Source: Candidatus Latescibacterota bacterium (GTDB taxonomy: Bacteria > Latescibacterota > UBA2968 > SICM01). Taken from it: a stretch of DNA of 64,000 bases. Location of the stretch: positions 5,408,001 through 5,472,000 of the forward strand of contig CBDCJO010000002.1 of assembly GCA_965217865.1 (NCBI GenBank), given 5' to 3'. Made by a program: the position numbers and the translations under genes. The notes under the pieces were generated by a model. That model did no database searches. It had not been told where the DNA came from and was given only the letters and a program-made list of their open reading frames with translations. Below are positions 20,563 to 31,260 of this stretch, piece after piece; the first letter of the stretch is position 1, and every line of letters begins with the position of its first letter.

Positions 20563-21219
20563 ATGAGAAAAGGCGCGTGGTTGTTCGCGTTCGGAGCCAT
20601 GACCCTGGTCATCGTTGCTCCAGGGATCTCCGCACAGGCCCGAATGGAAGCGGTTGGAGAGATCGGCGGGGGGATCTTTCTTCCCACGGGATCCGATGGC
20701 GATATCGCCAAACCGAGCCCTGCGCTTCAGTTTGTTGCGGGGATTGGATTATTCCCCCATTTTGGTGTAGAGGCTGAAGTCATCTACGTCCCCATTCTCT
20801 TGAAGGATCAAGCCTTCCCTTTGGACGACAACAGCCGCAGCAGTCAGGTATCGGTGGTTGCGGGCATTCGAGCGACCACAGGAAGACTTGTCGAAGGGGC
20901 TCCCGGAGTCGGTTACCTGTCGCTTCGGGCGGGATTTGCTCGGATCCAGACGCATACGGTATCTTCGATTCCATCCGGCTCCTGGATCGGAAGAACGGTA
21001 GACGCTATCGATAATCCTCCCCTCCAATCTCCTTTCAGAGGGTCCGAAAAACAAACCGGATTCGTCCTATCCCCCAAAGCGGGCGTCATAGTGCGCCTCT
21101 ACCACCGTACAGCAATCGATCTTGCCTTTCAGCCGATTTTCATCATCGACCGGGGAAAGACAACGACGCAACTCTTCCTGACCCTCAGTTTTGCCATGTC
21201 CGCCTGGGAAACCTTTTAA
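20563..21219 (+). CDS. Small outer-membrane beta-barrel protein
   Basis: Signal peptide ending ISAQA, amphipathic strands, C-terminal Phe. Confidence 0.65.
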   Translation: MRKGAWLFAFGAMTLVIVAPGISAQARMEAVGEIGGGIFLPTGSDGDIAKPSPALQFVAGIGLFPHFGVEAEVIYVPILLKDQAFPLDDNSRSSQVSVVAGIRATTGRLVEGAPGVGYLSLRAGFARIQTHTVSSIPSGSWIGRTVDAIDNPPLQSPFRGSEKQTGFVLSPKAGVIVRLYHRTAIDLAFQPIFIIDRGKTTTQLFLTLSFAMSAWETF

Positions 21220-21220
21220 G

Positions 21221-22162
21221 GTGGGGCTGAAGGACTGGACCGCCACCCTTCCTCGTCTCCTCGCGTGTCCACGTTGTTTTAACACCCTCTCTGAAGGTGA
21301 TTCCCCCGACTCCCTGAGTTGTCAAGTCGATGGCCTCACCTTTACCCGGCCCGGGGATATCTGGGACCTGATCGATCCGGAGCGCCGGGGTGCCCTGGAA
21401 CCCTTTATCTCCCACTATCAGACGGTCCGCCGGTTAGAAGGCTGGGGAAGCGATGACCCGGGGTATTATCGGGACCTTCCGTTTGGGGACAGGACAGGCC
21501 GCTTTTCCGAGATTTGGCGCATCAAGGCCAGGAGTTTCCGGTACTTAAAAGGTTTGCTGGGATCCCTCCAGCGTCCGGATGGTGAACCCCCTCGCATCCT
21601 TGACATTGGCGCTGGAAACGGATGGCTTTCTTATCGCCTGACGGAGATGGGATTTGACGTCTGCGCGATAGATCTCTCCGGAGATAGGACCGACGGTCTC
21701 GGTGCTGCAATCCATTATCCCCTCTCTTTTCCTCGCATCATAGCCGAATTTGAACGGTGGCCATTCATCGAAAAGGCCTTCGACGCGGCGGTCTCCGCCG
21801 CGAGCTTTCATTACGCGAGTGACGGTGAAGGGGCCATCGCCGCTGTTGCCCGGTCCATCTGCCCTGAAGGCCGCATCTACATTGTCGACACCCCCATCTA
21901 CCGATCTGCCGAGAGCGGTCGGAAGATGGTCGACGAGATGCGGGAAAACATGGTGGAAAAGTATGGTCTTGAATCCTGGGTACAACCCGGTCCCGGGTAC
22001 CTTACCTTCGAACGGATCCGGGAGTGGTCCTCAAAACTCGGCTATAAGGTCCGGCTCCACCGGCCTGCGTACGGCATTCGACTGCGGCTTCGACCGATCT
22101 TTGCCCGTATCCTGGGCCGACGGGAGCCGGCCAAGTTCGGGATTATTGAGTTGATCAAGTAG
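21221..22162 (+). CDS. Class I SAM-dependent methyltransferase with Trm112-like N-terminal Cys motif
   Basis: LLACPRC..LSC; ILDIGAGNGWLSYRL SAM motif; GTG right after previous stop. Confidence 0.88.
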   Translation: MGLKDWTATLPRLLACPRCFNTLSEGDSPDSLSCQVDGLTFTRPGDIWDLIDPERRGALEPFISHYQTVRRLEGWGSDDPGYYRDLPFGDRTGRFSEIWRIKARSFRYLKGLLGSLQRPDGEPPRILDIGAGNGWLSYRLTEMGFDVCAIDLSGDRTDGLGAAIHYPLSFPRIIAEFERWPFIEKAFDAAVSAASFHYASDGEGAIAAVARSICPEGRIYIVDTPIYRSAESGRKMVDEMRENMVEKYGLESWVQPGPGYLTFERIREWSSKLGYKVRLHRPAYGIRLRLRPIFARILGRREPAKFGIIELIK

Positions 22163-22187
22163 AAGTTCATGTTGGGAAAATCCAGCC

Positions 22188-23663
22188 ATGCCTGATAAAA
22201 AGGTCGTTCTCTTCTTCCCCTCCTACGCGAGTCAGGAGGCCTCCCCACCCCTTGCTCTAATCTCCATCGCAGGCCCCCTCGTCCAGGAGGGTTATCGTAT
22301 TGAGATCATCGATTCTGCCGTGGAACCGGACTATATTGGAAAGGTCCTAGCCCACCTAAAAGGCGCAATTTGCCTCGGGATCTCCCTGATCACCGGCCCG
22401 ATGATCAGGGATACGATCGAAGTAGGGAAGGCTGTAAAAGAGCGATATCCGAATCTCCCGATCATACTGGGAGGCTGGCACCCGTCCATCCTCCCGGAAC
22501 AAACGCTGAAAGCCCCTTTCGTAGACGCCGTCGTTCTCCGTCAGGGGGAGGTCATCTTCAAGGAACTGGTCAACAGGCTGGGGAACGGAGAGAGCCTTGA
22601 TGGGTTGAGCGGAGTACTCTACAAACAAAACGGAGAGATCGTCCACGGACCTCCACGGCCATATACCGGCGTCGCTCATCTTCCGGACCGGATGCCGGGC
22701 TACGACCTGATCGACTATGACCGATATGAAAAGATTACCCGGCTGCGTTGGGTCATGTACAGCACCAGCCACGGCTGCCCTTTCAACTGTTCCTATTGCT
22801 CAAATGCTTCGGTCTACGGCCGAAACCTGGATGTTTTGCCGGCCGAACAGGTCATCGATCAGGTCACGTACCTCGTTAGGAAGTTCGGCATCAACCTTCT
22901 GGGGATCATCGATGACATCTACTTCGCGTTTATGGATCGTTCCCTGCAGATCGCGGAGGGGTTCATCCGCTCCGGCCTGAAATTCCAGTGGTACATTCAG
23001 GACCGAGCAGACTCCTGGTCCCGGCTGACACCGGACCAGGCCAGGATCTACGCCCGATCCGGACTTTCTCGCGTCCACTTCGGGGCGGAATCCGGATCGG
23101 ACAGGGTCCTACACGGGATTGAGAAGAAGTCCGATGTGGCTCGCACCCTGGAGGCCGTGGACCGGTGCAAGGAAGCGGGAATCAGGGCCAGTTTCGGATT
23201 TATATTCGGCCTTCCCGATGAACAGGAAGAGGATCTGCGGATGACCGTGGATCTGATCCGGGAAATCCATAATCGTTACGATCGGACGGACTGTTATGCG
23301 AATATTTTTACCCCCTACCCGGGGTCCCCACTCTGGCCCCGGTCGATCGAACTCGGCCTGGATCCACCCAAAGCCCTCGAGGACTGGATCGATTTTTATC
23401 CCCGATTGACCGTCCTTCCATGGTTAAACGGCGCAGGACACAGACGTCTCCAGGCGGTTCGGCAATACCTTCGCTTCGGTTACCCCAATATCCGTGTGGG
23501 GGAGCAAATTCCCTCTTTGTGCCACCGCATGACCGTATCTCTGTTCGGTCCCTCCGCCCGTTGGCGGATCCGGCGCCATCGCTACGAAATTCCCTTGGAG
23601 ATCAGAGGCTATCAGGCCCTTCAGCGCCTGAAGTCCGGGTTCGGTGTCTATGACCGTTTTTGA
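22188..23663 (+). CDS. Cobalamin-binding radical SAM protein (1 of 4)
   Basis: N-terminal B12-binding domain (PPLAL, GGWHPS), CPFNCSYC, GAESGS, PYPGSPL. Confidence 0.95.
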   Translation: MPDKKVVLFFPSYASQEASPPLALISIAGPLVQEGYRIEIIDSAVEPDYIGKVLAHLKGAICLGISLITGPMIRDTIEVGKAVKERYPNLPIILGGWHPSILPEQTLKAPFVDAVVLRQGEVIFKELVNRLGNGESLDGLSGVLYKQNGEIVHGPPRPYTGVAHLPDRMPGYDLIDYDRYEKITRLRWVMYSTSHGCPFNCSYCSNASVYGRNLDVLPAEQVIDQVTYLVRKFGINLLGIIDDIYFAFMDRSLQIAEGFIRSGLKFQWYIQDRADSWSRLTPDQARIYARSGLSRVHFGAESGSDRVLHGIEKKSDVARTLEAVDRCKEAGIRASFGFIFGLPDEQEEDLRMTVDLIREIHNRYDRTDCYANIFTPYPGSPLWPRSIELGLDPPKALEDWIDFYPRLTVLPWLNGAGHRRLQAVRQYLRFGYPNIRVGEQIPSLCHRMTVSLFGPSARWRIRRHRYEIPLEIRGYQALQRLKSGFGVYDRF

Positions 23664-23727
23664 AACCCGCTATAGAAGATGAGTTGATCGGGAGGTTCGA
23701 GAACCGACCCTTCGAAAGGAGTCACCC

Positions 23728-24537
23728 ATGAACCGTCTTGATGGACAAACCGCTTGGATTAGCGGCGGGGCCTCTGGTATGGGAGAGGCCACGGCCGAAC
23801 TTTTCGCCTCGGAGGGGGCGAAGGTGGCGATCGTGGATATTCAGAAAGACCGCGGCCTTCGAGTTGTCGAAAGGATAGCCCGATCCGGTGGACAGGCTCT
23901 CTTCATGGAATGTGACGTTGCACAGGAGGATACGGTTCGGGAATCGATCGAAAAGACCGTGGCGAACTTCGGAGGATTGCAGATCGTCGTCAACTGTGCC
24001 GGGATCATAGACGTCGCCCTCCTGCACGAATATGCCGAGGCGGATTGGGACCGCTTGATGGCCGTCAACGTCAAGTCGATCTTCTTCTCGATCAAGCACG
24101 GACTTCCCCACCTGCGGAAAAACAAGCGAAGTTACGTTGTGAATATCGGCTCGATCGGCAGCTTCGTCGGACAGGGGTTGACCCCGGCCTACATCACCTC
24201 CAAACACGCGGTGCTCGGGTTGAGCCGTTCCATCGCGCTGGATTATGCGGCTGAAGGCCTTCGTTGTAACTGCGTCTGTCCCGGAATCACAGACACCCCG
24301 ATGCTCCGCTTTCACCTGAACCAGACTCCGGATCCAGAGGCCACCCTCAAGAAGCGGCTCCAGAGGGTACCGATCGGGGTCGTGATCAGTCCGAAGGATA
24401 TCGCCAAGGCTGCCCTCTACCTGTCCTGCGAAGACTCCACGGGAATCACCGGTACTTCGATGGTGATCGATGGGGGTTATATCACCCCCGCCGAATGGGA
24501 AACCCCTGAACACACCCGATTCATGGAGCCCTTGTGA
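23728..24537 (+). CDS. SDR family oxidoreductase
   Basis: SGGASGMG, NCAG, YITSK, CPG. Confidence 0.95.
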   Translation: MNRLDGQTAWISGGASGMGEATAELFASEGAKVAIVDIQKDRGLRVVERIARSGGQALFMECDVAQEDTVRESIEKTVANFGGLQIVVNCAGIIDVALLHEYAEADWDRLMAVNVKSIFFSIKHGLPHLRKNKRSYVVNIGSIGSFVGQGLTPAYITSKHAVLGLSRSIALDYAAEGLRCNCVCPGITDTPMLRFHLNQTPDPEATLKKRLQRVPIGVVISPKDIAKAALYLSCEDSTGITGTSMVIDGGYITPAEWETPEHTRFMEPL

Positions 24538-25373
24538 GGCTCAAGCTCGCCTGCGCGGACTTTACTTTTCCCCTGTTGCCCCACGATGGATCCCTTCAAC
24601 TTATATCCTTGCTGGGATTCAAAGGCGTGGACATCGGACTTTTCGAGGAGCGGTCTCACCTCCGTCCATCGAGCGAGTTCAAAAACGTGAGGCGATCGGC
24701 ACGCCGGTTGAGGAAAGGGTTGGAAGATCGTGGCCTTGTCGCCACCGATGTCTTTCTCCAAATGGGGGCTGACTTCATTCCATACGCCGTTAATCACCCC
24801 CAGGCCTCACGGAGGCGAAAAGCCCGCGACTGGTTCCTCAGGACCCTCGAATATGCGGAGGTCTGTGGTTGTAAACACGTCACGAGTCTCCCCGGCGCGA
24901 AATTCGAAGAGGAGCGGAACGCCGATTCTTTCGCCCGCGCCGTGGACGAACTGAATTGGCGGGTGGAACAGGCACGCCGGCACAAGCTCGTTTTCGGCGT
25001 TGAAGCCCACATCGGCTCCATCGTTCCCCGTCCGAAGTCGGCCGAGCGGCTCCTGAAGCTTGTAGAAGGCCTTACCCTGACGCTGGACTATACCCACTTC
25101 AGACGGATCGGCCTGCCGGACGCATCCGTTGAACCCCTTGTCAAATACGCAAGCCACGTACACATTCGGGGGGGCCGAAGGGGTCGGCTTCAGGAGGACT
25201 TTACGCGAAACACAATAGATTACAAGCGAGTGTTCAAGGCCTTGCAGACAATCGGATACAGGGGATGGATCGGAATCGAGTACGTCTGGACAGCCTGGGA
25301 GCGGTGCAACGAGTGTGATAACCTCTCGGAGACCGTGCGATTCCGAGACTTTTTCAGATCGCTGGCAAGATAG
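24534..25373 (+). CDS. Sugar phosphate isomerase/epimerase (xylose-isomerase-like TIM barrel)
   Basis: EAH, LDYTH, HVH, GWIGIEY metal ligands. Confidence 0.88.
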   Translation: MRLKLACADFTFPLLPHDGSLQLISLLGFKGVDIGLFEERSHLRPSSEFKNVRRSARRLRKGLEDRGLVATDVFLQMGADFIPYAVNHPQASRRRKARDWFLRTLEYAEVCGCKHVTSLPGAKFEEERNADSFARAVDELNWRVEQARRHKLVFGVEAHIGSIVPRPKSAERLLKLVEGLTLTLDYTHFRRIGLPDASVEPLVKYASHVHIRGGRRGRLQEDFTRNTIDYKRVFKALQTIGYRGWIGIEYVWTAWERCNECDNLSETVRFRDFFRSLAR

Positions 25374-25447
25374 TGGGTTTGGAAAACAGTCAACCATCCG
25401 CACCCTGGTTGCGCGGGGGAATGGATGTCTGAGCTGAAAAAATCAAC

Positions 25448-26593
25448 GTGAAGATTACTCAGGTAGAAACCCTTTGCCTATCCAGAATCCACGAACCGGA
25501 TCGGCAGTGGTTCACCGGCCGCTCGCGTACGGTCAAAGCGGACTGCGCCATCGTCCTGATCCACACCGACGAGGAAGTCGTGGGCGTCGGCGAAGCCTGT
25601 GCATACGGAGGCCCCGCCAGAATTCGAGAGTGGGTCTCCTGGCTGAGCACTGATCTTATCGGCAGAGATCCCCGCAATCCGGATACTTTCCCCCACCCCA
25701 ACGGTCGGTCCCGGTCGTATGATTGCGCGGTCGGAGGGATCGATTCGGCACTCTGGGACCTGAAAGGGAAATTTGCCGGGGTGCGTGTCAGCGAGTTGAT
25801 GGCTGAAAATCCTCCCCCTCGCGTGCGTCTCTACGCCTCCAGCGGATGTCGATACGACTGGCGAGACCGTCCCGAATCTCTGATCGACGAAACCCTGGGG
25901 TATCTGAATGACGGTTACACCGCTTGTAAAATCCGCATCGGCACGGAATGGTCCTGGGACAACGTCACGGTTGACCGATTCCTGGGGCTGATTCGGGAAC
26001 TTGCGCAGGCCGTTAACACCAGGATGGATCTGATGCTGGACGGGAACCAGCGTCTGGATGAAGATTCCTCCCTAACAATCGCAAAGGAACTCGATCGACT
26101 GAATTTCGCCTGGTTCGAAGAGCCCATTCCTCAGATTGATTTAGACGGTTACGCCCGGCTTAACGCCTCAGTGAAAATGCCAATCACAGGTGGAGAACAG
26201 TGGACAACACTGGAGCAGTTCCGCCCCTACTTGGAACGGGACGCCTATGCCATCGTACAGCCGGATGTAGGCTGGTGCGGGATCACGGAGGCAAAGCGGA
26301 TCGGAGAAATGGCCCGCCGATACGAGATCGATCTCTGCCCTCACAGCTGGCACAACGGCTTGATGGCCATGGCCAATGCGCATCTGGTCGCTTCCCTCCC
26401 AGTTCCACGAGTTTTGGAACTTTGCATGGTCCAGGGTCCCCTCCAGTGGCAGATCCTTTCGGATAAACCAAAAATTCAAGATGGCTGGTTGGAGCTCCCG
26501 GACAAGCCAGGACTGGGGGTAGCACTCGCGGAGGGATTGGAGGAACGATTTCCCTACATCGAGGGACACTATGCGATTGAGGTGGAGAGGTAA
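25448..26593 (+). CDS. Mandelate racemase/muconate lactonizing family enzyme (sugar-acid dehydratase-like)
   Basis: DSALWDLKGK, LDGN, WFEEP, TGGE, QPD, PDKPGLG. Confidence 0.93.
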   Translation: MKITQVETLCLSRIHEPDRQWFTGRSRTVKADCAIVLIHTDEEVVGVGEACAYGGPARIREWVSWLSTDLIGRDPRNPDTFPHPNGRSRSYDCAVGGIDSALWDLKGKFAGVRVSELMAENPPPRVRLYASSGCRYDWRDRPESLIDETLGYLNDGYTACKIRIGTEWSWDNVTVDRFLGLIRELAQAVNTRMDLMLDGNQRLDEDSSLTIAKELDRLNFAWFEEPIPQIDLDGYARLNASVKMPITGGEQWTTLEQFRPYLERDAYAIVQPDVGWCGITEAKRIGEMARRYEIDLCPHSWHNGLMAMANAHLVASLPVPRVLELCMVQGPLQWQILSDKPKIQDGWLELPDKPGLGVALAEGLEERFPYIEGHYAIEVER

Positions 26594-26652
26594 GGAAAAT
26601 GGAAGGAATAAATCGGCACACGAAAACAAGAATGAAGGATGGTTAAAATTTT

Positions 26653-27432
26653 ATGACCGATCAGCCCGATTTGCCTTCCCCCGACATCTCCCTCCCCATC
26701 CACGGCCCGGGGTTCGCACGGCCAGATCCCGGGTTGATCCGGAAGCTCCAGAGCGTGAGCAGCGCCACGGCCAGCGCCGTACTGCACAAATTGGGCTTGC
26801 GCCAGGCCTTCATCCAGGGGCCTCTCCCCCGAAAACCCGGGTCGAAGGTTGTCGGGCCGGCCGTAACTCTTCAGTTTATGCCGCAGCGGGAGGATATCGT
26901 ATCCGGTCTTGGTCAGGAACAGTCGGAAAAGGGCGGCGCTCTCTGGGCGGTGTTTGAATCCGTCGAAAAGGGCGATGTCCTGGTGGTCCAGGCTTACGGT
27001 GACGTGTACACGGGTTGTGTCGGGGAGATGCTCACCACCTATTTCAAAGGACGCGGAGGCATTGGGATGGTGGTGGACGGCTGCATCCGCGATTGGTCGA
27101 GGATCCAGGGGATGGGTTTACCCGTTTGGACCCGTGGATTTACGCCCAACTACGCCTCCCAGGCGACCCTCTTTCCATGGGGATTCAACATACCCATCGC
27201 CTGCAGCCGGGTCCTGGTTCTTCCGGGAGATATCATCATCGCGGACGACGATGGTGCCGTGATGGTTCCGTTCAAAATGGCCGCCGCGGTCATCGAAGAA
27301 ACCCTTGAACACGAGGACTGGGAGGCCTTCAGTCGCATCAAGCTGAGCGAGGGAGGTGCGCTTCAGAAGTACTACCCCCTGAACGCGGAAGGCCAGCGGG
27401 AGTACGAAGCGTGGCGAAGGGAAAATCAATGA
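26653..27432 (+). CDS. RraA-like / HMG aldolase family protein
   Basis: VGPAVTL, GDVLVV, VVDGCIRD, PGDIIIADDDGAV. Confidence 0.9.
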   Translation: MTDQPDLPSPDISLPIHGPGFARPDPGLIRKLQSVSSATASAVLHKLGLRQAFIQGPLPRKPGSKVVGPAVTLQFMPQREDIVSGLGQEQSEKGGALWAVFESVEKGDVLVVQAYGDVYTGCVGEMLTTYFKGRGGIGMVVDGCIRDWSRIQGMGLPVWTRGFTPNYASQATLFPWGFNIPIACSRVLVLPGDIIIADDDGAVMVPFKMAAAVIEETLEHEDWEAFSRIKLSEGGALQKYYPLNAEGQREYEAWRRENQ

Positions 27433-27492
27433 AAAGCCTAAAAACCAATCAAGAATAGGTTTCACCTTTGCCAGGTCCCAGATTGTTGTCCA

Positions 27493-28200
27493 ATGATGAA
27501 AAGAATGATCTCCCCTGATCACCGTGATCGACTTGCAGGTTTATTTTCGAGTCACAAACGATATCGTGTGATCATCGATGCTGTGCTTGAACAGGGTTAT
27601 GGAACCGCAATCGCAGACTCCGAAAACGGACCGGAAGTTGGGCTGGTGCAATTAGGGGCGTTTACAATTCTTGGAGGACGGCCCGATCATCCGTTTACTC
27701 ACGATCTCATCCGGGATCTGTCCCATACAATGATTATACCGGAGTCGGGCGCCTGGAGCGATATCGTAATCAAAATCCACGGGACAAAACTGAAAAAGCA
27801 AAGGTGGGTCGGTTTTAGCTTTGAAAAGCTGAACCACGAACACCTGTGTGGCCTGAAGCAGCACGTACCTGAAGGTTATCGGATTCAACGCATCGATTTG
27901 AAACTGGCGTCGCGGGCAATGGTCGTCTGTGGAGCACGTTCTTACACGCATACTCGCAAATCGATTGAAATCGCCATCATGACCGTCCCCGATCACCAGG
28001 GGAAGGGGTTGGCGACCGCGACCGGCGCATCGCTTGCTGCTCATTGCCTGGATACGGGCATCGAGCCTCACTGGAACGCCGAAAACCCCATCTCCGTGAA
28101 GCTTGCGGAGAAACTCGGATACATCCCGAATGACGAGTTTGAAGTATTCAACCTGTTCCCTTCTGAGCCTGACCCGAGTCTATCATATAAAAAACCTTGA
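27493..28200 (+). CDS. GNAT family acetyltransferase (possibly internally shortened)
   Basis: IEIAIMT.PDHQGKGLAT, PHWNAENPIS.KLAEKLGY. Confidence 0.8.
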   Translation: MMKRMISPDHRDRLAGLFSSHKRYRVIIDAVLEQGYGTAIADSENGPEVGLVQLGAFTILGGRPDHPFTHDLIRDLSHTMIIPESGAWSDIVIKIHGTKLKKQRWVGFSFEKLNHEHLCGLKQHVPEGYRIQRIDLKLASRAMVVCGARSYTHTRKSIEIAIMTVPDHQGKGLATATGASLAAHCLDTGIEPHWNAENPISVKLAEKLGYIPNDEFEVFNLFPSEPDPSLSYKKP

Positions 28201-28239
28201 GGTTCCCGATTTAGGAACCGCTGATAATATCCGATCAAA

Positions 28240-29727
28240 ATGGATCTCCTCCTCTACAACCCGCGAAGCGCGTCCTCCAAGCACCGCGTCCCGATGTCCC
28301 TTCTGGCACTTGGTTCGGCCCTCGAGGGACAATGCGATTATAGAATCCTGGACGGAAATTTCCTCTCAGACGCCGTCACACAGATTGCGAAGTTAATTTC
28401 AAGGGATAGACCCAGGATTCTGGGAATCACCGTTATGCCCGGACCTCAGCTTCAGGAGGCAATTCCCTTAACCCGGGAATTGCGCAGATCTTTCCCGGAC
28501 CTGAGAATCGTCTGGGGAGGATATTTCCCCTCAAATCACCCCGATGTCGTACTCCGGTCCGGGTGGGTTGACTTCATCGTACGAGGTCCGTCGGAAGTCT
28601 CATTCAAAGAACTCGTAAACGCACTTCTGGCCGAAGGAGATTATCGGGCCATTCCCGGGCTTTCCTACACGGACGGTGACCGACCGGTCCACAATCCTTC
28701 ACGAAAACCGTTGACCCACCCGGACACGGTGCCTCCCTGGCCCTACCATCGGCTCGGGAATATTGAGAAATACCTCGGGCGCTCTTTCCTGGGTGAACGG
28801 ACGAGCTCCATGCACACCAGCTACGGCTGTCCCTTCAAATGCAGTTTCTGCGCTGTGGTTCCTATCTATGAGGGGGGATGGATCGGACGGAGCGCCGGGC
28901 TTGTGGCAGATGATGTCGAATACGTCTCCCGATCATTTGGCGTTGACGCAATCCAATTCTGCGACAATAATTTCTTTACTTCTCATAAAAGGGTATATGA
29001 ATTTTCCCAGGAGGTCCTGAATCGCGGTCTTCGAGTATCCTGGTGGGGGGAGGGACGGCCCGATACCCTCTTGAATTACCCTGACGAGGTCCTTTCGACC
29101 ATGCGGCGCGCCGGATGCCGGATGATCTTTCTCGGTGCGGAGTCAGGTTCCCCGGTAAGACTTCGCCAGATGAACAAAGGCGGAACACAGACTGGGGAAA
29201 CGGTCATAAAACTGGCGGATCGGTTTCGTCGCCACGGGATTATTCCCGAATTTTCCTTTGTACTCGGAGGGCCGGCTTCCGATGTGGACGCTGAGATCGA
29301 AAGTGAGTTTCAGTTTATCCGGGAAGTCAAACGCTGTAATCCAGATTCCGAGATCATACTCTACCTCTATGCGCCTGTACCGACGATGGGCTCCGATCTG
29401 TTCCATTCCGCTGCTCAGGAGGGTTTCTTTTTTCCCGATCGTCTCGAAGACTGGCTGCAACCTGAATGGCGGGATCTCGACCTTCGAAGGAGTCCGCAGA
29501 CCCCATGGCTTAAACCTCGCCACGTCGAAAAAATAGCCCGTTTCGAATCCGTCCTCAACGCAGCCTACCCAACGGTTTCGGATGTCCGCCTCAAGCCCTC
29601 GCAACGCCGATTTCTGAAGTCCCTGGGTTCCTGGCGATATGCGACAGAGACCTACCGCCACCCCTACGAGATCCGACTGTTTCACCGCATCTTCCGCTAT
29701 CGCCAACCGGAACGAGAGGGGTTCTAA
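28240..29727 (+). CDS. Cobalamin-binding radical SAM protein (2 of 4)
   Basis: PMSLLALG, WGGYFPS, CPFKCSFC, LGAESGS. Confidence 0.95.
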   Translation: MDLLLYNPRSASSKHRVPMSLLALGSALEGQCDYRILDGNFLSDAVTQIAKLISRDRPRILGITVMPGPQLQEAIPLTRELRRSFPDLRIVWGGYFPSNHPDVVLRSGWVDFIVRGPSEVSFKELVNALLAEGDYRAIPGLSYTDGDRPVHNPSRKPLTHPDTVPPWPYHRLGNIEKYLGRSFLGERTSSMHTSYGCPFKCSFCAVVPIYEGGWIGRSAGLVADDVEYVSRSFGVDAIQFCDNNFFTSHKRVYEFSQEVLNRGLRVSWWGEGRPDTLLNYPDEVLSTMRRAGCRMIFLGAESGSPVRLRQMNKGGTQTGETVIKLADRFRRHGIIPEFSFVLGGPASDVDAEIESEFQFIREVKRCNPDSEIILYLYAPVPTMGSDLFHSAAQEGFFFPDRLEDWLQPEWRDLDLRRSPQTPWLKPRHVEKIARFESVLNAAYPTVSDVRLKPSQRRFLKSLGSWRYATETYRHPYEIRLFHRIFRYRQPEREGF

Positions 29728-29929
29728 GGGAGGAAATTGCAAAGTGAAAAATAGAAAATGGAAAGTGACAATTTAACGGCAGATCACAGCTGATCGAAGC
29801 GAAACCCGCGATAGTAACGCGCTAGTTCAGGGAATCATAAATCATCATGAACACACCTGAGCGGAAGTCCGCGTTTTTTTCCGGACTGGAGTCGAAGGGT
29901 CCGGGGTAGGCATACGACATTCAACCGAA

Positions 29930-29983
29930 CCCTCTCCCGGCACCCGGGAGAGGGGTGCCGAGCATTGCGAGGCGGGGTGAGGG
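29930..29983. repeat. REP-like palindromic repeat
   Basis: CCCTCTCCCGG-CAC-CCGGGAGAGGG hairpin followed by GGGGTGAGGG. Confidence 0.6.
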
Positions 29984-30132
29984 AGCACGACGGCGTTCCA
30001 AATTTCATAGCGCCTTCCGGATCGAGGTGGTTGCGACTGAGCAGAAGCAAAGCCCTCGAATAGAAAACGCTCAACGCACACCTTTTAATATTTCATTTTT
30101 CATTTTCCCACCAATCACAAAGAGATCTTACC

Positions 30133-31260
30133 ATGAAAATAAAAGATATAAAGGCCTTCCCCCTGGCTTATCCGGAACCGCATTACCAAAACATCGAGAG
30201 ATACATTACCCTTGCGCGTGTTGAGTCCGAAAACGGTCTGGTTGGCTGGGGAGAGAGCATCTCTCAATTCCGCGAGTCCGCCCTGGCCACCAAGGTCATC
30301 ATCGAACGGGGTTTTGCCCCTTTATTGATCGGTCAGGACTGCCTGAATGTCGATGGGCTATGGCGAAAAATGCTGGACCACATATGGTGGTACGGCCAGG
30401 AGGGAATCGCGGCCTTTGGCGTGAGCGCAGTGGACATGGCCCTTTGGGATCTTAAGGGGGTGGCTCAGGAAACCCCCGTATGCGACATTATTGGAGGACG
30501 GCTGCACGACAAGGTATTGGTTATGGGTTCGATCATCTTCGATATGGAAAACGTCGACGGAACCGTCGATGAATTCCGGTGGATGCGGGATCAGGGATAC
30601 CGGGTTGTCAAAGCCGGTTGGGGTATGAAGCGGGAGGCACTTTTCGGACAGGACCGTAAGCGAGATATCGAAATGGTGCGAAGAATTCGGGAAGCCATCG
30701 GAGATGACCTGGAACTCGTCGTGGACACGCCAGGCCATCTGGGCTTATGGAACGTTCCCACCGCGATTCAGCGGTTTCAAGACCTCGAACCCTACCGGCT
30801 TAAATGGATCGAACAACCCCTTCCCCCTCACGATCTTGAGGGTCATGCCCGATTGCGGGCCTCTGTCTCCACGGCCATCGGGACCGGGGAGGACGAGTGG
30901 AACGTCGAGAGTTACAGCCGACTTATCCGATCAGGAGGCGTGGACGTGGTTCAGATGGATCCGGGTCGCTGCCACGGGATTTCCGGCTGCCGGAGAATAA
31001 TAAATCTGATTGAGGCGGAAAACCTGGGATGGAGTGCCCACACGTGGAGCAGCGCCCTCAACACGGCTGCAAGCATCCACCTGATGGCGACATCGACGCA
31101 CGGTGTGGTCAAGGATTTCAAGCCTCACGAATCGCCCCCTCAGCACGAACTGGTAAGCGACCCTTGGGTGCAGGATGGCGGTTATCTCTCCGTGCGAGAC
31201 ACACCCGGCCTCGGGGTCCAGGTTCAGGAGGATATCGTCAAAAAGTACCTGTTTGAATAA
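30133..31260 (+). CDS. Mandelate racemase/muconate lactonizing family enzyme
   Basis: AVDMALWDLKG, WIEQP, GTGEDE, QMD, PGLGV. Confidence 0.93.
   Translation: MKIKDIKAFPLAYPEPHYQNIERYITLARVESENGLVGWGESISQFRESALATKVIIERGFAPLLIGQDCLNVDGLWRKMLDHIWWYGQEGIAAFGVSAVDMALWDLKGVAQETPVCDIIGGRLHDKVLVMGSIIFDMENVDGTVDEFRWMRDQGYRVVKAGWGMKREALFGQDRKRDIEMVRRIREAIGDDLELVVDTPGHLGLWNVPTAIQRFQDLEPYRLKWIEQPLPPHDLEGHARLRASVSTAIGTGEDEWNVESYSRLIRSGGVDVVQMDPGRCHGISGCRRIINLIEAENLGWSAHTWSSALNTAASIHLMATSTHGVVKDFKPHESPPQHELVSDPWVQDGGYLSVRDTPGLGVQVQEDIVKKYLFE

Noticed and set aside
27493-28200. GNAT gene as an integron cassette
   Set aside because: No attC-like structure or integron integrase found
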